Assembly: GCA_913041495.1 (NCBI GenBank)
Contig: CAJWHT010000005.1
Location: forward strand, 332-64,331
DNA: 64,000 bases
Source: an uncultured Desulfobacteraceae bacterium
GTDB taxonomy: Bacteria > Desulfobacterota > Desulfobacteria > Desulfobacterales > Desulfobacteraceae
Direction: 5' to 3'
Below, in pieces: positions 12,277 to 21,169 of the stretch. A model generated the notes under the pieces. That model searched no databases and had not been told where the DNA came from. It worked only from the letters and a program-made list of their open reading frames with translations. How positions within the stretch are numbered: the first letter of the stretch is position 1; the number at the start of each line of letters is the position of its first letter. Both the position numbers and the translations under genes were made by a program.

Positions 12277-13616
12277 GAGATCCCAAACCCAGCTATGAGG
12301 CCCTTGAAAAACGGTTGAAGGAAACCGAAGAAATTCTTGAGGTCGTTCAACGCGGGGAAGGGGATGCGTTCCTGTCAAAGGGCCGGTACATGGTGCTGCG
12401 TAACCGGGAGGCTGAAAAACAGCTTCTAAAGAGTAAAGCCCAAATAATGCAGCTCAACCAGAATCTGGATGCCAGGGTAAAGGAACGGACGGCGGAAAAA
12501 GACGTGCTTAACCGGCGGCTTCGGGGGATGAGCCAAAAACTTGTCCGGGTGGAGCGGGATGAGCGCAATAAGCTGTCCACCCTGCTCCATGATCATATCC
12601 AGCCCCTGGTGGTGGGTGCCCGCATGCAGGTGTGGGAACTCCAGAGAAATTCAGACCCGGAGGCCGCAAATAAGACCGCAGAAAAACTGGAAAAGGCTCT
12701 GGCGGATGTACTTTCAGCCCTGCGCTCCCTGTCCGTGGAACTCAGTCCGGCCGCCTTGCAGAACAACGGGCTGTCCGGCGGTCTCAATTGGCTCAAAACC
12801 TATATGCAGGAAAAATTCGGTTTTACCGTCAACCTGACAGCGGCCAGTGATCTGGAGCCCTTGCAGGAAGAGGCCGCCTTTCTCCTGTTCGAAGGGGTCA
12901 AGGAACTGCTGCTGAACGCGGCCAAACATTCCGGGGCTTCCGGCGCCGACATGCTGGTCCGAAGAACGGAGGCTGATTTGATCAGTATCGTTGTGGCGGA
13001 CCAGGGCCGGGGGTTCGATCCGGCCATTATCCGGGACGAGACCACGGAAACGGCAACCCTTGGGCTTTTCAGCATTCAGGAACGCCTGGCTTCAATCGAC
13101 GGGCGGATGCTTGTGGAAACCGCCCGGGGCCGGGGAACAAAAGTCACCCTCACCGCACCGGCCGGGGAAAAAAGGCACCCCCCACTTCCGGCACACAGCG
13201 ATGCTGACACAAAGCAGGCGGATCGTTCTATCCGCATAAAAGGTGACATGGTCGGCATTCTTATCGTTGATGACCACAAGGTACTCAGAGACGGCTTAAA
13301 AGGCCTGCTCCAGCCGGAACCGGACTTCCATGTCCTGGGGGAGGCCGGCAGCGGGAAAGAGGCCCTGGAACTTGCAGGCGAACTCTCCCCCGATGTGATT
13401 CTCATGGACATCAACCTGGGGGACATGCACGGCGTTGAGGTCACCCGGAAAATTTTGTCCCGCCATCCCGAAATCCGGGTCCTGGGTCTTTCCATGCACG
13501 AAGACCCTGATCTGATAAAGGCCATGTACGACGCCGGGGCCTGTCATTATCTCACCAAGAACGAACCGTCTGAAAAAATCGTAGCCGCGATCCGGAAGTG
13601 CATGGCCGGCCATTAA
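12273..13616 (+). CDS. hybrid sensor histidine kinase (coiled coil - HisKA_3 - HATPase_c - receiver)
   Basis: ERNKLSTLLHDHIQPLVV H-box of NarX/DegS type, LLLNAAKHSGAS N-box, DQGRGF, and a C-terminal ILIVDDH...DVILMDINLGDMHG receiver. The start forms an ATGA overlap with the kaiB stop. Confidence 0.88.
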   Translation: MRDPKPSYEALEKRLKETEEILEVVQRGEGDAFLSKGRYMVLRNREAEKQLLKSKAQIMQLNQNLDARVKERTAEKDVLNRRLRGMSQKLVRVERDERNKLSTLLHDHIQPLVVGARMQVWELQRNSDPEAANKTAEKLEKALADVLSALRSLSVELSPAALQNNGLSGGLNWLKTYMQEKFGFTVNLTAASDLEPLQEEAAFLLFEGVKELLLNAAKHSGASGADMLVRRTEADLISIVVADQGRGFDPAIIRDETTETATLGLFSIQERLASIDGRMLVETARGRGTKVTLTAPAGEKRHPPLPAHSDADTKQADRSIRIKGDMVGILIVDDHKVLRDGLKGLLQPEPDFHVLGEAGSGKEALELAGELSPDVILMDINLGDMHGVEVTRKILSRHPEIRVLGLSMHEDPDLIKAMYDAGACHYLTKNEPSEKIVAAIRKCMAGH

Positions 13617-13845
13617 GTACCCGGCCCGTCGGTTTTCATTCTCCCATACTGCTCAAATCCGGTGAATACCTGTCGGTCTAAAAGCCGTCACCGGATTATC
13701 CCGCCTACAGGATTTTCACCCGTTATTTACAGGAAATACCATATTACAGCCAAAGCAGAGGCCGTGGTATGGATATAACCAAAGGGGTGCTCAGGATTCG
13801 CTTTGCGATGAATGTGGCATTTTGAAAAAAAAAAGGAGTATTGAT

Positions 13846-14247
13846 ATGATTCTGACGGATTTCACATTTTCAATTATTATCGCTGTGGCGTTGAGTATCG
13901 CGCTCACCGGCCTTTTGGAATGGCGCAGGCCCGGGGAGAACAGTTTTCTGGCAAACCTTGGGTTTGTCTTTGTTCTGCTGTTTTTGTTCGCCTGGGCCGG
14001 AGGCGTCTGGCTGACCCCCATGGGCCCCATGATGTGGGGGGGCTACTGGGTATCCTTCCTTGTTTTTCCAGTACTGGTGGGATTGGTCATGGCAATGCTT
14101 ATCCCGCCGAATCGTCCGAAAAATCGCCGGGAGCAAATTGCCCAAAAACAAAGGGTCAAAGCTGCCAGTACAGCCCTGGGAGTTTTTTTCTGGCTGACGA
14201 GCTTAGGCTTAGTGGCGATGATACTTATACATTACCTGATCCGGTAA
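13846..14247 (+). CDS. small integral membrane protein
   Basis: About 133 aa with 4 hydrophobic segments. ATG preceded by AAGGAG. Confidence 0.55.
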   Translation: MILTDFTFSIIIAVALSIALTGLLEWRRPGENSFLANLGFVFVLLFLFAWAGGVWLTPMGPMMWGGYWVSFLVFPVLVGLVMAMLIPPNRPKNRREQIAQKQRVKAASTALGVFFWLTSLGLVAMILIHYLIR

Positions 14248-14337
14248 GCTGGATAGCGGGCATGTTTAAACCCGGTCTTTGCACCGGGTACCAGGACAAG
14301 AGACTGAGTTTTATTCCATAAAGACAGGAGGTATTTT

Positions 14338-15879
14338 ATGAATCAGATAAAATGGAAGCGACTATTAGACGCTGGGCACAGGATATCCCTGGTGCTGCTG
14401 AGCCTGATCTGTTTTTCAGGCATCGCATTTTCAGCGGCCCAAAACCATAATGACATGGATATTGTCACCGCAGTTGAGGTGGAACTGATGATGGACCAGG
14501 CGGTGCCCTCTTATCTTTTGGATGTCCGCTGTAAAGAGGGGATCGTTACTTTGGCCGGCACGGTGAACAATCTGCTGGCAAGAGACAGGGCCCGGGACAT
14601 CGCTGAAACCGTCAAGGGGGTCCGGGCCGTTGTCAACCGGATCAACGTGGATCCGGTCAAGGAAAGGAGTGACGATGCGATTCATTCCGATGTGGTGAAC
14701 GCCCTGTACACCAATCCGGCCACCGAATACTTCGATATCGCGGTCAGTGTTGAAAAGGGAAAGACCACCCTGACGGGGACGGTGGACTCCTATGTGGAAA
14801 AACGGCTGGCCGAAAAGGTGACAAAGGGCATCAGCGGTGTTGTCTCGGTTGAGAACCAGATTGAGATGAAGTATAAAACCGACCGGTCCGATTCGGATTT
14901 CAGGCATGACATCAAAGAATCCATGCGCTGGGATACCCTGGTGGACCAGAACCTGATACGGGTGACGGTCAAAGGCAAACAGGTGACCCTGAAAGGAACG
15001 GTGGGCAGTGCTGCTGAAAAAAGCCGGGCGATCACCCATGCCTGGATGCCCGGGATAAAAGATGTGGATGCTGACGGCCTTAAGGTGGAACGATGGGCAA
15101 GGGATCCGGACCTGAGGACGAACAAGTATACCCTGAAACCGGATAAAGAGATTAAAGCGGCTGTTGAATCGGCCCTGCTCCATGATCCCAGGGTGCTGTC
15201 CACCCGGGTGTCCACCCGGGTAACCGATGGGATCGTCACCCTGAGCGGCCGGGTAAACTACCTTCAGGCAAAACGAGCCGCTGCCCAGGACGCCAGAAAC
15301 ACCGTTGGGGTTGTCCGGGTAAAAAATCATCTCAAGGTGGTGCCGCCCGTAAAGACCATCGGCAATGCCGAGCTTGAGGATAAAATTTTAGAGCGGCTGG
15401 ATGCGGATGCCTATCTGGGTGACTACGATTTTAAAGCGAACGTCATTGCCGGTGCCGCAGACCTTTACGGAACCGTTGACACCTATTATGAAAAAATAAG
15501 GGCCGAAGACCTGGCATCGGAAATTGCAGGCATCCTTTATGTAGACAACAATATCGTTGTCAAGAAAACATGGCATCCGATGGTTTTCAATCCCTATGTG
15601 GATGAATCCAGTACCGAAGACTATGCATGGCATACCTTTAAGCCTGGTATCACCACCCATAAAAGTGACTGGAAAATAACGGAGAACATCCGGGATGAGT
15701 TGTTCTGGAGCCCGTTTGTGGATGCCGACCAGGTGACGGTGGTCGTGGATGACGGCAAGGCCACGCTCACCGGCCAGGTGGATTCCTGGTCGGAATACGA
15801 CGCCGCAACCCAGAATGCCCTTCAGGGAGGTGCCGTATCCGTTGACAACGATCTGACGATTTCCTATCTGGCGCCATAA
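14338..15879 (+). CDS. multi-BON-domain protein (OsmY-like, secreted or membrane-anchored)
   Basis: 513 aa with an N-terminal hydrophobic anchor. Repeated ...V.V.V..G.VTL.G.V.....K..A......GV..V.N.I... BON units. Strong SD (GGAGG). Confidence 0.85.
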   Translation: MNQIKWKRLLDAGHRISLVLLSLICFSGIAFSAAQNHNDMDIVTAVEVELMMDQAVPSYLLDVRCKEGIVTLAGTVNNLLARDRARDIAETVKGVRAVVNRINVDPVKERSDDAIHSDVVNALYTNPATEYFDIAVSVEKGKTTLTGTVDSYVEKRLAEKVTKGISGVVSVENQIEMKYKTDRSDSDFRHDIKESMRWDTLVDQNLIRVTVKGKQVTLKGTVGSAAEKSRAITHAWMPGIKDVDADGLKVERWARDPDLRTNKYTLKPDKEIKAAVESALLHDPRVLSTRVSTRVTDGIVTLSGRVNYLQAKRAAAQDARNTVGVVRVKNHLKVVPPVKTIGNAELEDKILERLDADAYLGDYDFKANVIAGAADLYGTVDTYYEKIRAEDLASEIAGILYVDNNIVVKKTWHPMVFNPYVDESSTEDYAWHTFKPGITTHKSDWKITENIRDELFWSPFVDADQVTVVVDDGKATLTGQVDSWSEYDAATQNALQGGAVSVDNDLTISYLAP

Positions 15880-16031
15880 ACAAAAAAATTTGATCTTTAA
15901 TTATAATGCCCCGTGGTGCAACGCCGTTGCCCCGGGGCATCCCCATTGTTAAACAAGGTGTGTTGTGACTGTTATTAAAAGAAAAACAGAACCGGAAAAG
16001 GAAGGTAAAAACTGTTCGGGACAATTCATTT

Positions 16032-16801
16032 TTGGCCCGGTCCGTCAACGATGTGCTAGACGCATTTCAGGTATTCCCGGACAAGGGGTTGGAAAAGCAG
16101 GAGGTTGAAAAGCGGCGCAACCGCTACGGGGGTAACCGGCTTCGGGAAATTCAAAGGAAAAGCAGCCTGTCCGTCCTGGTTGCACAGTTTAAAAGCCCGA
16201 TCATGGTGCTTCTGTCGGTGGCGGCCGTGCTTTCGTTTTCCTTCGGCCAGGCCATGGAAGGGTATGCGGTCATCGCGGTGAACCTACTGACGGTTGCCCT
16301 GGCCCGGGGCATGCTGGAGATGGCCAGGCGCAACGCATTAATCAACCGCCTGAGCGCTGTTGAGACTCTGGGTGCCACCACAGTCATCTTCACCGATAAA
16401 ACCGGCACCCTGACCGAAAACGGTGCTGAGGAAAGCACCGAAGGGGTGGGGATCCCATGGAACTTGCCCTGCTTGCTGCCGGGGCCGGTATCTTCCGGGA
16501 CAATTTGCTGGAACAACTGCCTGAAAAACACGAAGAGGCATTTGATACGGATACAAAAATGATGGCAACGGTTCACAGAGCCGAAAAATGAGATCACCCG
16601 GAATCCCTTTGTCTGGTGGGCGTTTGCCATCTGTTCAACCATGTTGCTGGCCACGGCGGCAGTACCGGCACTGGGACAGGTGCTCAAGGTGGAGGTAACG
16701 CAGATAAAAGGCTGGATGCTTATTTTCGGCGCAAGTTTGGTTCCCCCCTGCTGTTTGGGCAGGCAATGCGCATGGGAGAACGCCTAAAACATTCATCTTA
16801 A
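16032..16801 (+). pseudogene. heavily deleted and frameshifted P-type cation ATPase remnant
   Basis: Three fragments of one family lie within about 770 bp. The first, in one frame, holds the N-terminal Cation_ATPase_N block ([21 protein letters not shown]) and the phosphorylation loop [22 protein letters not shown]. The second (16457-16591, another frame) is an N-domain piece, ELALLAAG...[12 protein letters not shown]. The third (from 16590) is a C-terminal TM piece, NPFVWWAFAICSTMLLATAAVPALGQVL. Intact homologs need about 2.5-2.8 kb. Confidence 0.75.
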
Positions 16802-16840
16802 GCACTGTTCACAAGAAGCGGATAATTGAGATGGTAACTT

Positions 16841-19093
16841 TTAGGCCGGACATGGTCCTGATATCAGGACCTCCCGGTCCAAGGAGACGTTGTCCAGAGG
16901 AGCATATCCCGGAACCGCCACCCGCAGGTCCGGCACAGGCCCGTGCCACTGGGCATCTATTTTAAGGGAAAGCCCCTCTCTGACCCTTTTAAAATCAACG
17001 GTCACAGGCCCCCAAACCGTGGCTGCCGGGCCATACCGGGCGTGTTCCCTCAGCCATTGGGGAACAAGTCCGCTGCCCAGCACCAGGGTGTCCCCTTCCT
17101 CGCGGACAAACAAGTTTTTCATCATCATCACCCATTCTGCTGCGGCCCACCCGTGCTGGCCGTCCCCCATGCATCCCCCGCCTGAAAAGGGGTGGATCGC
17201 CTCCGGCCAGTTGCCGGTGGAAGAGGCCAGGTCGGCGCAGGTGGAAATAAGGTCGGTGAACCTTGGGTCGCCTGCCCGAAGCAGGGTCTGGGCAAGTGCC
17301 AGGGTCAGATAGATGTTGATGCCCGAATGGATCATGTCCTGGAAGAATCCACCCCGGTGAAAGCTGTTCAGGACCAGGTATTCCAGGGTGTTCATGATGC
17401 GCCGATCCCCCGGGGGCGTTATCATCAGCGGGTAGTCCGCCACCATGGATCCCACGGCCCCGGCATCCATTCGCCGGGTCGGGGCAGCCGGGATTCCGTT
17501 TTTTTGCGGGTCTTTGGGCAGGGCATCTATGCTTTTGAAGACCGTCTGCCTGAAATCTTGGGCATGACCGAGGTATCGCCCGGCAAGGTCTTTTTTACCG
17601 GCGTTTTGGGCAAGAGCTGCGGCGGCCTCAAGCCCTGCAACCCCCCAGAAATCATCCCAGTAATAATGGTCGTTGGGGCCCAGGTGTTCGGCACTGAACC
17701 CTGCCGGAAGCAGACCCCGGAAAAGCGGGTTTTCCGTCTTGTGGGAAGTTCTTTTGGACTGGATCCAGTCCGCCCCTTTGAAAAGGGACCGTAGCAGCGG
17801 TTTTTCCACACCGCACCCGGCAGCCCTGCGCCAGCGGTCCGAAAGCCAGAGAACCTGGCCGTTGGCATCCCACTCCCCTTCCTGGGATTCAAAGTATCCG
17901 TTGGGTTTCTGCCGCAGGGGGAAGGTACGGATGTGCCGTCCCACCCGTTCGGTCATGTTCAAGGCCAGCAGGGCCTGGCCCATGAGCACGGCATCCCTGA
18001 ACCAGAACCGCCTGTATGTAAAGGGACCGGGATAGATTTCCCGGGCGGAAAGCATGGTCAAGGTTCGTTTGGCAGACCTGAATAATCGGCACAGGGTCTC
18101 GTCCGCCAGCACAAGCTGAGCCGTGCCGGCCATGGCTGATGCCCAGGTGGCCGATCCCGCAGCCGATTCCTGGAATTGGCGTACCATCTCCCCCTCCAGA
18201 GGGATGTCCGCTTTCACTGCGACGTTGTTCACCTTTCCGGCGTTGAAATCAGCAGAAGCCGTTGCCATGCCCACCCGGCAGGTGATCTCTTCTGCTTCGG
18301 TCCTGCCGTTGCCCGCCAGCACATCTCCCTTTTCGTAATTGGAGAGGGCTGTCCGGTCCGGGTGCCGGTTGAAGATAATCTGTGTATCGTCAATCTCCCA
18401 TCCCTTTTTATCCGGATGGCGGGTGATTTTTTCGATAAATTGAATCCCCTCCGGATTGTAGGGCCGCAGGCTTACGGTAAGAAAGCCGTCCGGTCCGCAA
18501 TCAGCAGCGGCAGACACCTTGAGGACCGGCTTTCCCCCCTGCAGGGTCAGCTCGGTTTTAATTTCAAGGGTCAGGCCTTCTCCCCGGGTCAGGGTCCGAA
18601 TACGCATGCCCTCATCCATGATCAGTGACTGCTCAGCATCTTTCGATCTTGAGGGGATAAGGCGCCGGCCGTCCGCACCCGTCACGATAAAATCCAGGGA
18701 CCAGCCATCGTAAAGGGGGGTGACCATCCCCCTGGGATCCACCAGGGGGTAGAGGGGGAGGTCGGGCAGGCCTGCCGCTGTCCAGTTGCGGTGGGTGAGA
18801 TTGACATGGGTCAGGGCATATCCCCTTGGAATAAAAGAGGGGCTTTGGGGGTTGAACTGGCGTTCCACCCAATAGGGCCAGACCCAGTCCAGGTTGAACT
18901 GGATGACCCTGGCGTTGATGGCCCCCCGGGCCTGAAACAGCATGCCGGCCCGAACCAGTTCCATGGGTTCCTGGATCTCGGAGGGCTGTGCAAAGCTGCG
19001 CAACCGTGCCAGGAAAGATACAGGGTCAATCAGCCCCCGGGATCTGGCCGTCCGCCGGATAAGATATTTCCAGGGTAACATTCGCCAAAGCAT
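16841..19093 (-). CDS. large glycoside-hydrolase-like protein (alpha/alpha-toroid, GH15/GH63/debranching-enzyme-like); family uncertain
   Basis: 750-aa uninterrupted ORF. The C-terminal half (YRRFWFRDAVLMGQALL, WDANGQVLW, YYWDDFWG) resembles six-hairpin glycosidases. Called from memory of those motifs only. Confidence 0.5.
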   Translation of the reverse strand: MLWRMLPWKYLIRRTARSRGLIDPVSFLARLRSFAQPSEIQEPMELVRAGMLFQARGAINARVIQFNLDWVWPYWVERQFNPQSPSFIPRGYALTHVNLTHRNWTAAGLPDLPLYPLVDPRGMVTPLYDGWSLDFIVTGADGRRLIPSRSKDAEQSLIMDEGMRIRTLTRGEGLTLEIKTELTLQGGKPVLKVSAAADCGPDGFLTVSLRPYNPEGIQFIEKITRHPDKKGWEIDDTQIIFNRHPDRTALSNYEKGDVLAGNGRTEAEEITCRVGMATASADFNAGKVNNVAVKADIPLEGEMVRQFQESAAGSATWASAMAGTAQLVLADETLCRLFRSAKRTLTMLSAREIYPGPFTYRRFWFRDAVLMGQALLALNMTERVGRHIRTFPLRQKPNGYFESQEGEWDANGQVLWLSDRWRRAAGCGVEKPLLRSLFKGADWIQSKRTSHKTENPLFRGLLPAGFSAEHLGPNDHYYWDDFWGVAGLEAAAALAQNAGKKDLAGRYLGHAQDFRQTVFKSIDALPKDPQKNGIPAAPTRRMDAGAVGSMVADYPLMITPPGDRRIMNTLEYLVLNSFHRGGFFQDMIHSGINIYLTLALAQTLLRAGDPRFTDLISTCADLASSTGNWPEAIHPFSGGGCMGDGQHGWAAAEWVMMMKNLFVREEGDTLVLGSGLVPQWLREHARYGPAATVWGPVTVDFKRVREGLSLKIDAQWHGPVPDLRVAVPGYAPLDNVSLDREVLISGPCPA

Positions 19094-19113
19094 TATTTAT
19101 GTATCTCCTTGTC

Positions 19114-19386
19114 CTAACCCAACCAGTCGCTGACCTGGCGTTTCAAATCCGCCATACGGTCTTCTCCGGCGCTTTTAATCTCTTTGAGTTTTTCTTTGGC
19201 CGCCTCTATATCCGATTGGAGGGACCGGATCTTTTCCGTGAATTCTTCTTTGAGTGCCGCACCTGCCTTTTCATTTTCGGCCCGGGCCTGCTTTTTCTCG
19301 GCTTCGGCCTGTTTGGCCTCAGCCTCTTTTTCCCAGGCAGTGATTTGGGATTCCAGATTTTTTATCAATTTGTCTTTTGTGGACAT
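19114..19386 (-). CDS. small coiled-coil protein
   Basis: 90 aa, Lys/Glu/Ala-rich heptad-like sequence, directly downstream of the zinc-ribbon ORF. Confidence 0.5.
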   Translation of the reverse strand: MSTKDKLIKNLESQITAWEKEAEAKQAEAEKKQARAENEKAGAALKEEFTEKIRSLQSDIEAAKEKLKEIKSAGEDRMADLKRQVSDWLG

Positions 19387-19397
19387 GGATATTCTCC

Positions 19398-19598
19398 TTA
19401 TATTGTTTTTTTAGTGGAGGATTCAAACCCGCACCGGGAAAGATCCAGTTCATCCCCACATGTTTCACAGAAACGGGGGGCATGGATTTCATCTGAAAAA
19501 ACTTCCTGTTTTCGGCCACAGCCTGAACAGGCACAGACAAAAAATTCAACGGTTTCAAATTTAAGATCCTTGCGTTTTATATCCGGAGCTTTCGCCAT
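19398..19598 (-). CDS. small zinc-ribbon protein
   Basis: 66 aa with CACSGC ... CETC (two CxxC-type knuckles). Confidence 0.55.
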   Translation of the reverse strand: MAKAPDIKRKDLKFETVEFFVCACSGCGRKQEVFSDEIHAPRFCETCGDELDLSRCGFESSTKKTI

Positions 19599-19864
19599 TT
19601 TTCTCCTCCTTTTTTGCTGTTACCGATATATTAAAGTCTTGTATGAATTTATCTTATTTGGCCGGCTGAGGCTGGTAAATGGGTAGATCACTGTATTATT
19701 GGTTCAGATTACCACCAAGGCAGAGAGGGACGGAACCCGCCTTGATTCTGGACACCGGCCCACCTTAAAATACAGGTTCTTCCCCATATCGTTTTAAGGC
19801 GCAGCAGATTATAAGGATAAAAGAGCTTTTTTTGGGATATCTTATCAACCATAAAGGAGGAGTC

Positions 19865-20812
19865 ATGATTCTGTATCAAACAGACCAGGCCCAATGCTGG
19901 GATGCGGAAGGCAGCCTTATCCCGTGTTCCGGATCCGGCCAGGACGGGGCGTTGAACACGGGTAAAGCCTGGCCTGAGCCCCGGTTCGAGGTGTCTTCGG
20001 ATTTTTTGACCGATCGGATCTCCGGCCTTGTATGGCCGCGGGATGCGGCATTGAGCGAGTTTCCCCTTTCATGGGAGGAGGCCATTGATTTTGCGCGGGA
20101 AATGGATAAGGACCGCAAGTTCGGGCTGTCAGGCTGGCGGTTGCCCACCCGGGCTGAATTCTTCAGCCTGGTCAGCCATGCACGGGTGAACCCGGCCCTT
20201 GTGAATCCGGATCTGTTTTCCAACATCTTCAACGGGTACTACTGGACCGGCACGCCCTGTGCCCGGCACGGGAACCAGGCCTGGTATATCCATCTGGCCG
20301 GCGGCCGCGTGCTCAGGGGAATGATGCATGCGTCCTGCATGGTCTGGCCCGTGTGCGCAAGTCCGGAGCCCAATGCCATTATTGAGGACCGCGGGGACCT
20401 GGGGGACCTGGGGGTTTCTCCGGACCGGTTTTCACATAGGGGCGATCTTATAACTGACCGGGAAACCGGGCTGACCTGGCCGAAGCAGGGAAATCCTGCG
20501 GGCCGCGTCCTCAACTGGCCGGATGCCCTGGACCTGGTCCGTGAAATGAACCGGGACGGCTTTTTGGGGCGGCAGGACTGGCGCATGCCCAACATACGCG
20601 AACTGGAATGCCTTGTGGACGAACAGGCCCATTCCCCGGCCTTGCATCCCATGGCGGGATTTGAGGATACCAAGGATTTTTACTGGTCTTCCACAACGTC
20701 CGTCTATGATCCGTCCTATGCCTGGACCCTATACACCCGTGACGGCTATATCGGGGTCGGGTACAAACAGGATCCGGAATTTTTTTTACTCCCCGTATGC
20801 ACGGGTGTCTGA
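19865..20812 (+). CDS. DUF1566 (Lcl C-terminal domain) protein, two repeats
   Basis: Repeated D..TGL.WP......L.W.EA......M......G..DWR.P...EL..L modules. ATG preceded by AAAGGAGGAG. Confidence 0.75.
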   Translation: MILYQTDQAQCWDAEGSLIPCSGSGQDGALNTGKAWPEPRFEVSSDFLTDRISGLVWPRDAALSEFPLSWEEAIDFAREMDKDRKFGLSGWRLPTRAEFFSLVSHARVNPALVNPDLFSNIFNGYYWTGTPCARHGNQAWYIHLAGGRVLRGMMHASCMVWPVCASPEPNAIIEDRGDLGDLGVSPDRFSHRGDLITDRETGLTWPKQGNPAGRVLNWPDALDLVREMNRDGFLGRQDWRMPNIRELECLVDEQAHSPALHPMAGFEDTKDFYWSSTTSVYDPSYAWTLYTRDGYIGVGYKQDPEFFLLPVCTGV

Positions 20813-20836
20813 TGAGATGCCGGGCCTATTTCTTGT

Positions 20837-21169
20837 TTAGTGTTTGATTTTTGCCAGGACCTCGGGTGTCGGTTTGGGCAGACCCGCAATTTTCCATGCG
20901 GTTATCGGATCCGGAAACGCCTGGTACTGGCAATCTTTTGACTGGCCGACATTTTTACATACAGCCCGGACAATGGGAAATGCCTCGAATTCTTTATAAT
21001 ATTTTCGCATATATTTGAGTATATCCATCCGGTCCCGGCTGAGCGGGCATTCTTTTGAGACGCCCTCAATATCCGCCAGTGTACAGGCAATGCTTTCGGA
21101 CCAGGCGTCAAAATCTTTCAAATACCCATCTTTGTCGAGTTTTAAATCATCTAAATTGGCATGTGTCAT
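20837..21169 (-). CDS. TusE/DsrC/DsvC family protein lacking both conserved C-terminal cysteines
   Basis: 110 aa, colinear with DsrC (DKDGYLKDFDAWSE..., ILKYMRKYYKEFEAFPIVR, KIAGLPKPT). It ends PKPTPEVLAKIKH instead of PKPTGCV, and the upstream Cys position is Trp (TAWKIAG). Confidence 0.85.
   Translation of the reverse strand: MTHANLDDLKLDKDGYLKDFDAWSESIACTLADIEGVSKECPLSRDRMDILKYMRKYYKEFEAFPIVRAVCKNVGQSKDCQYQAFPDPITAWKIAGLPKPTPEVLAKIKH

Noticed and set aside
14431-15330. 299-aa minus-strand ORF
   Set aside because: Antisense to the multi-BON gene. It has no SD and no recognisable family.
16151-16687. 178-aa minus-strand ORF inside the ATPase relic
   Set aside because: Antisense to recognisable P-type ATPase fragments, with no motif of its own.
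19099-19686. 195-aa plus-strand ORF
   Set aside because: Antisense to the zinc-ribbon and coiled-coil genes. It is a Phe/Leu-rich mirror of a Lys/Glu-rich coding strand.
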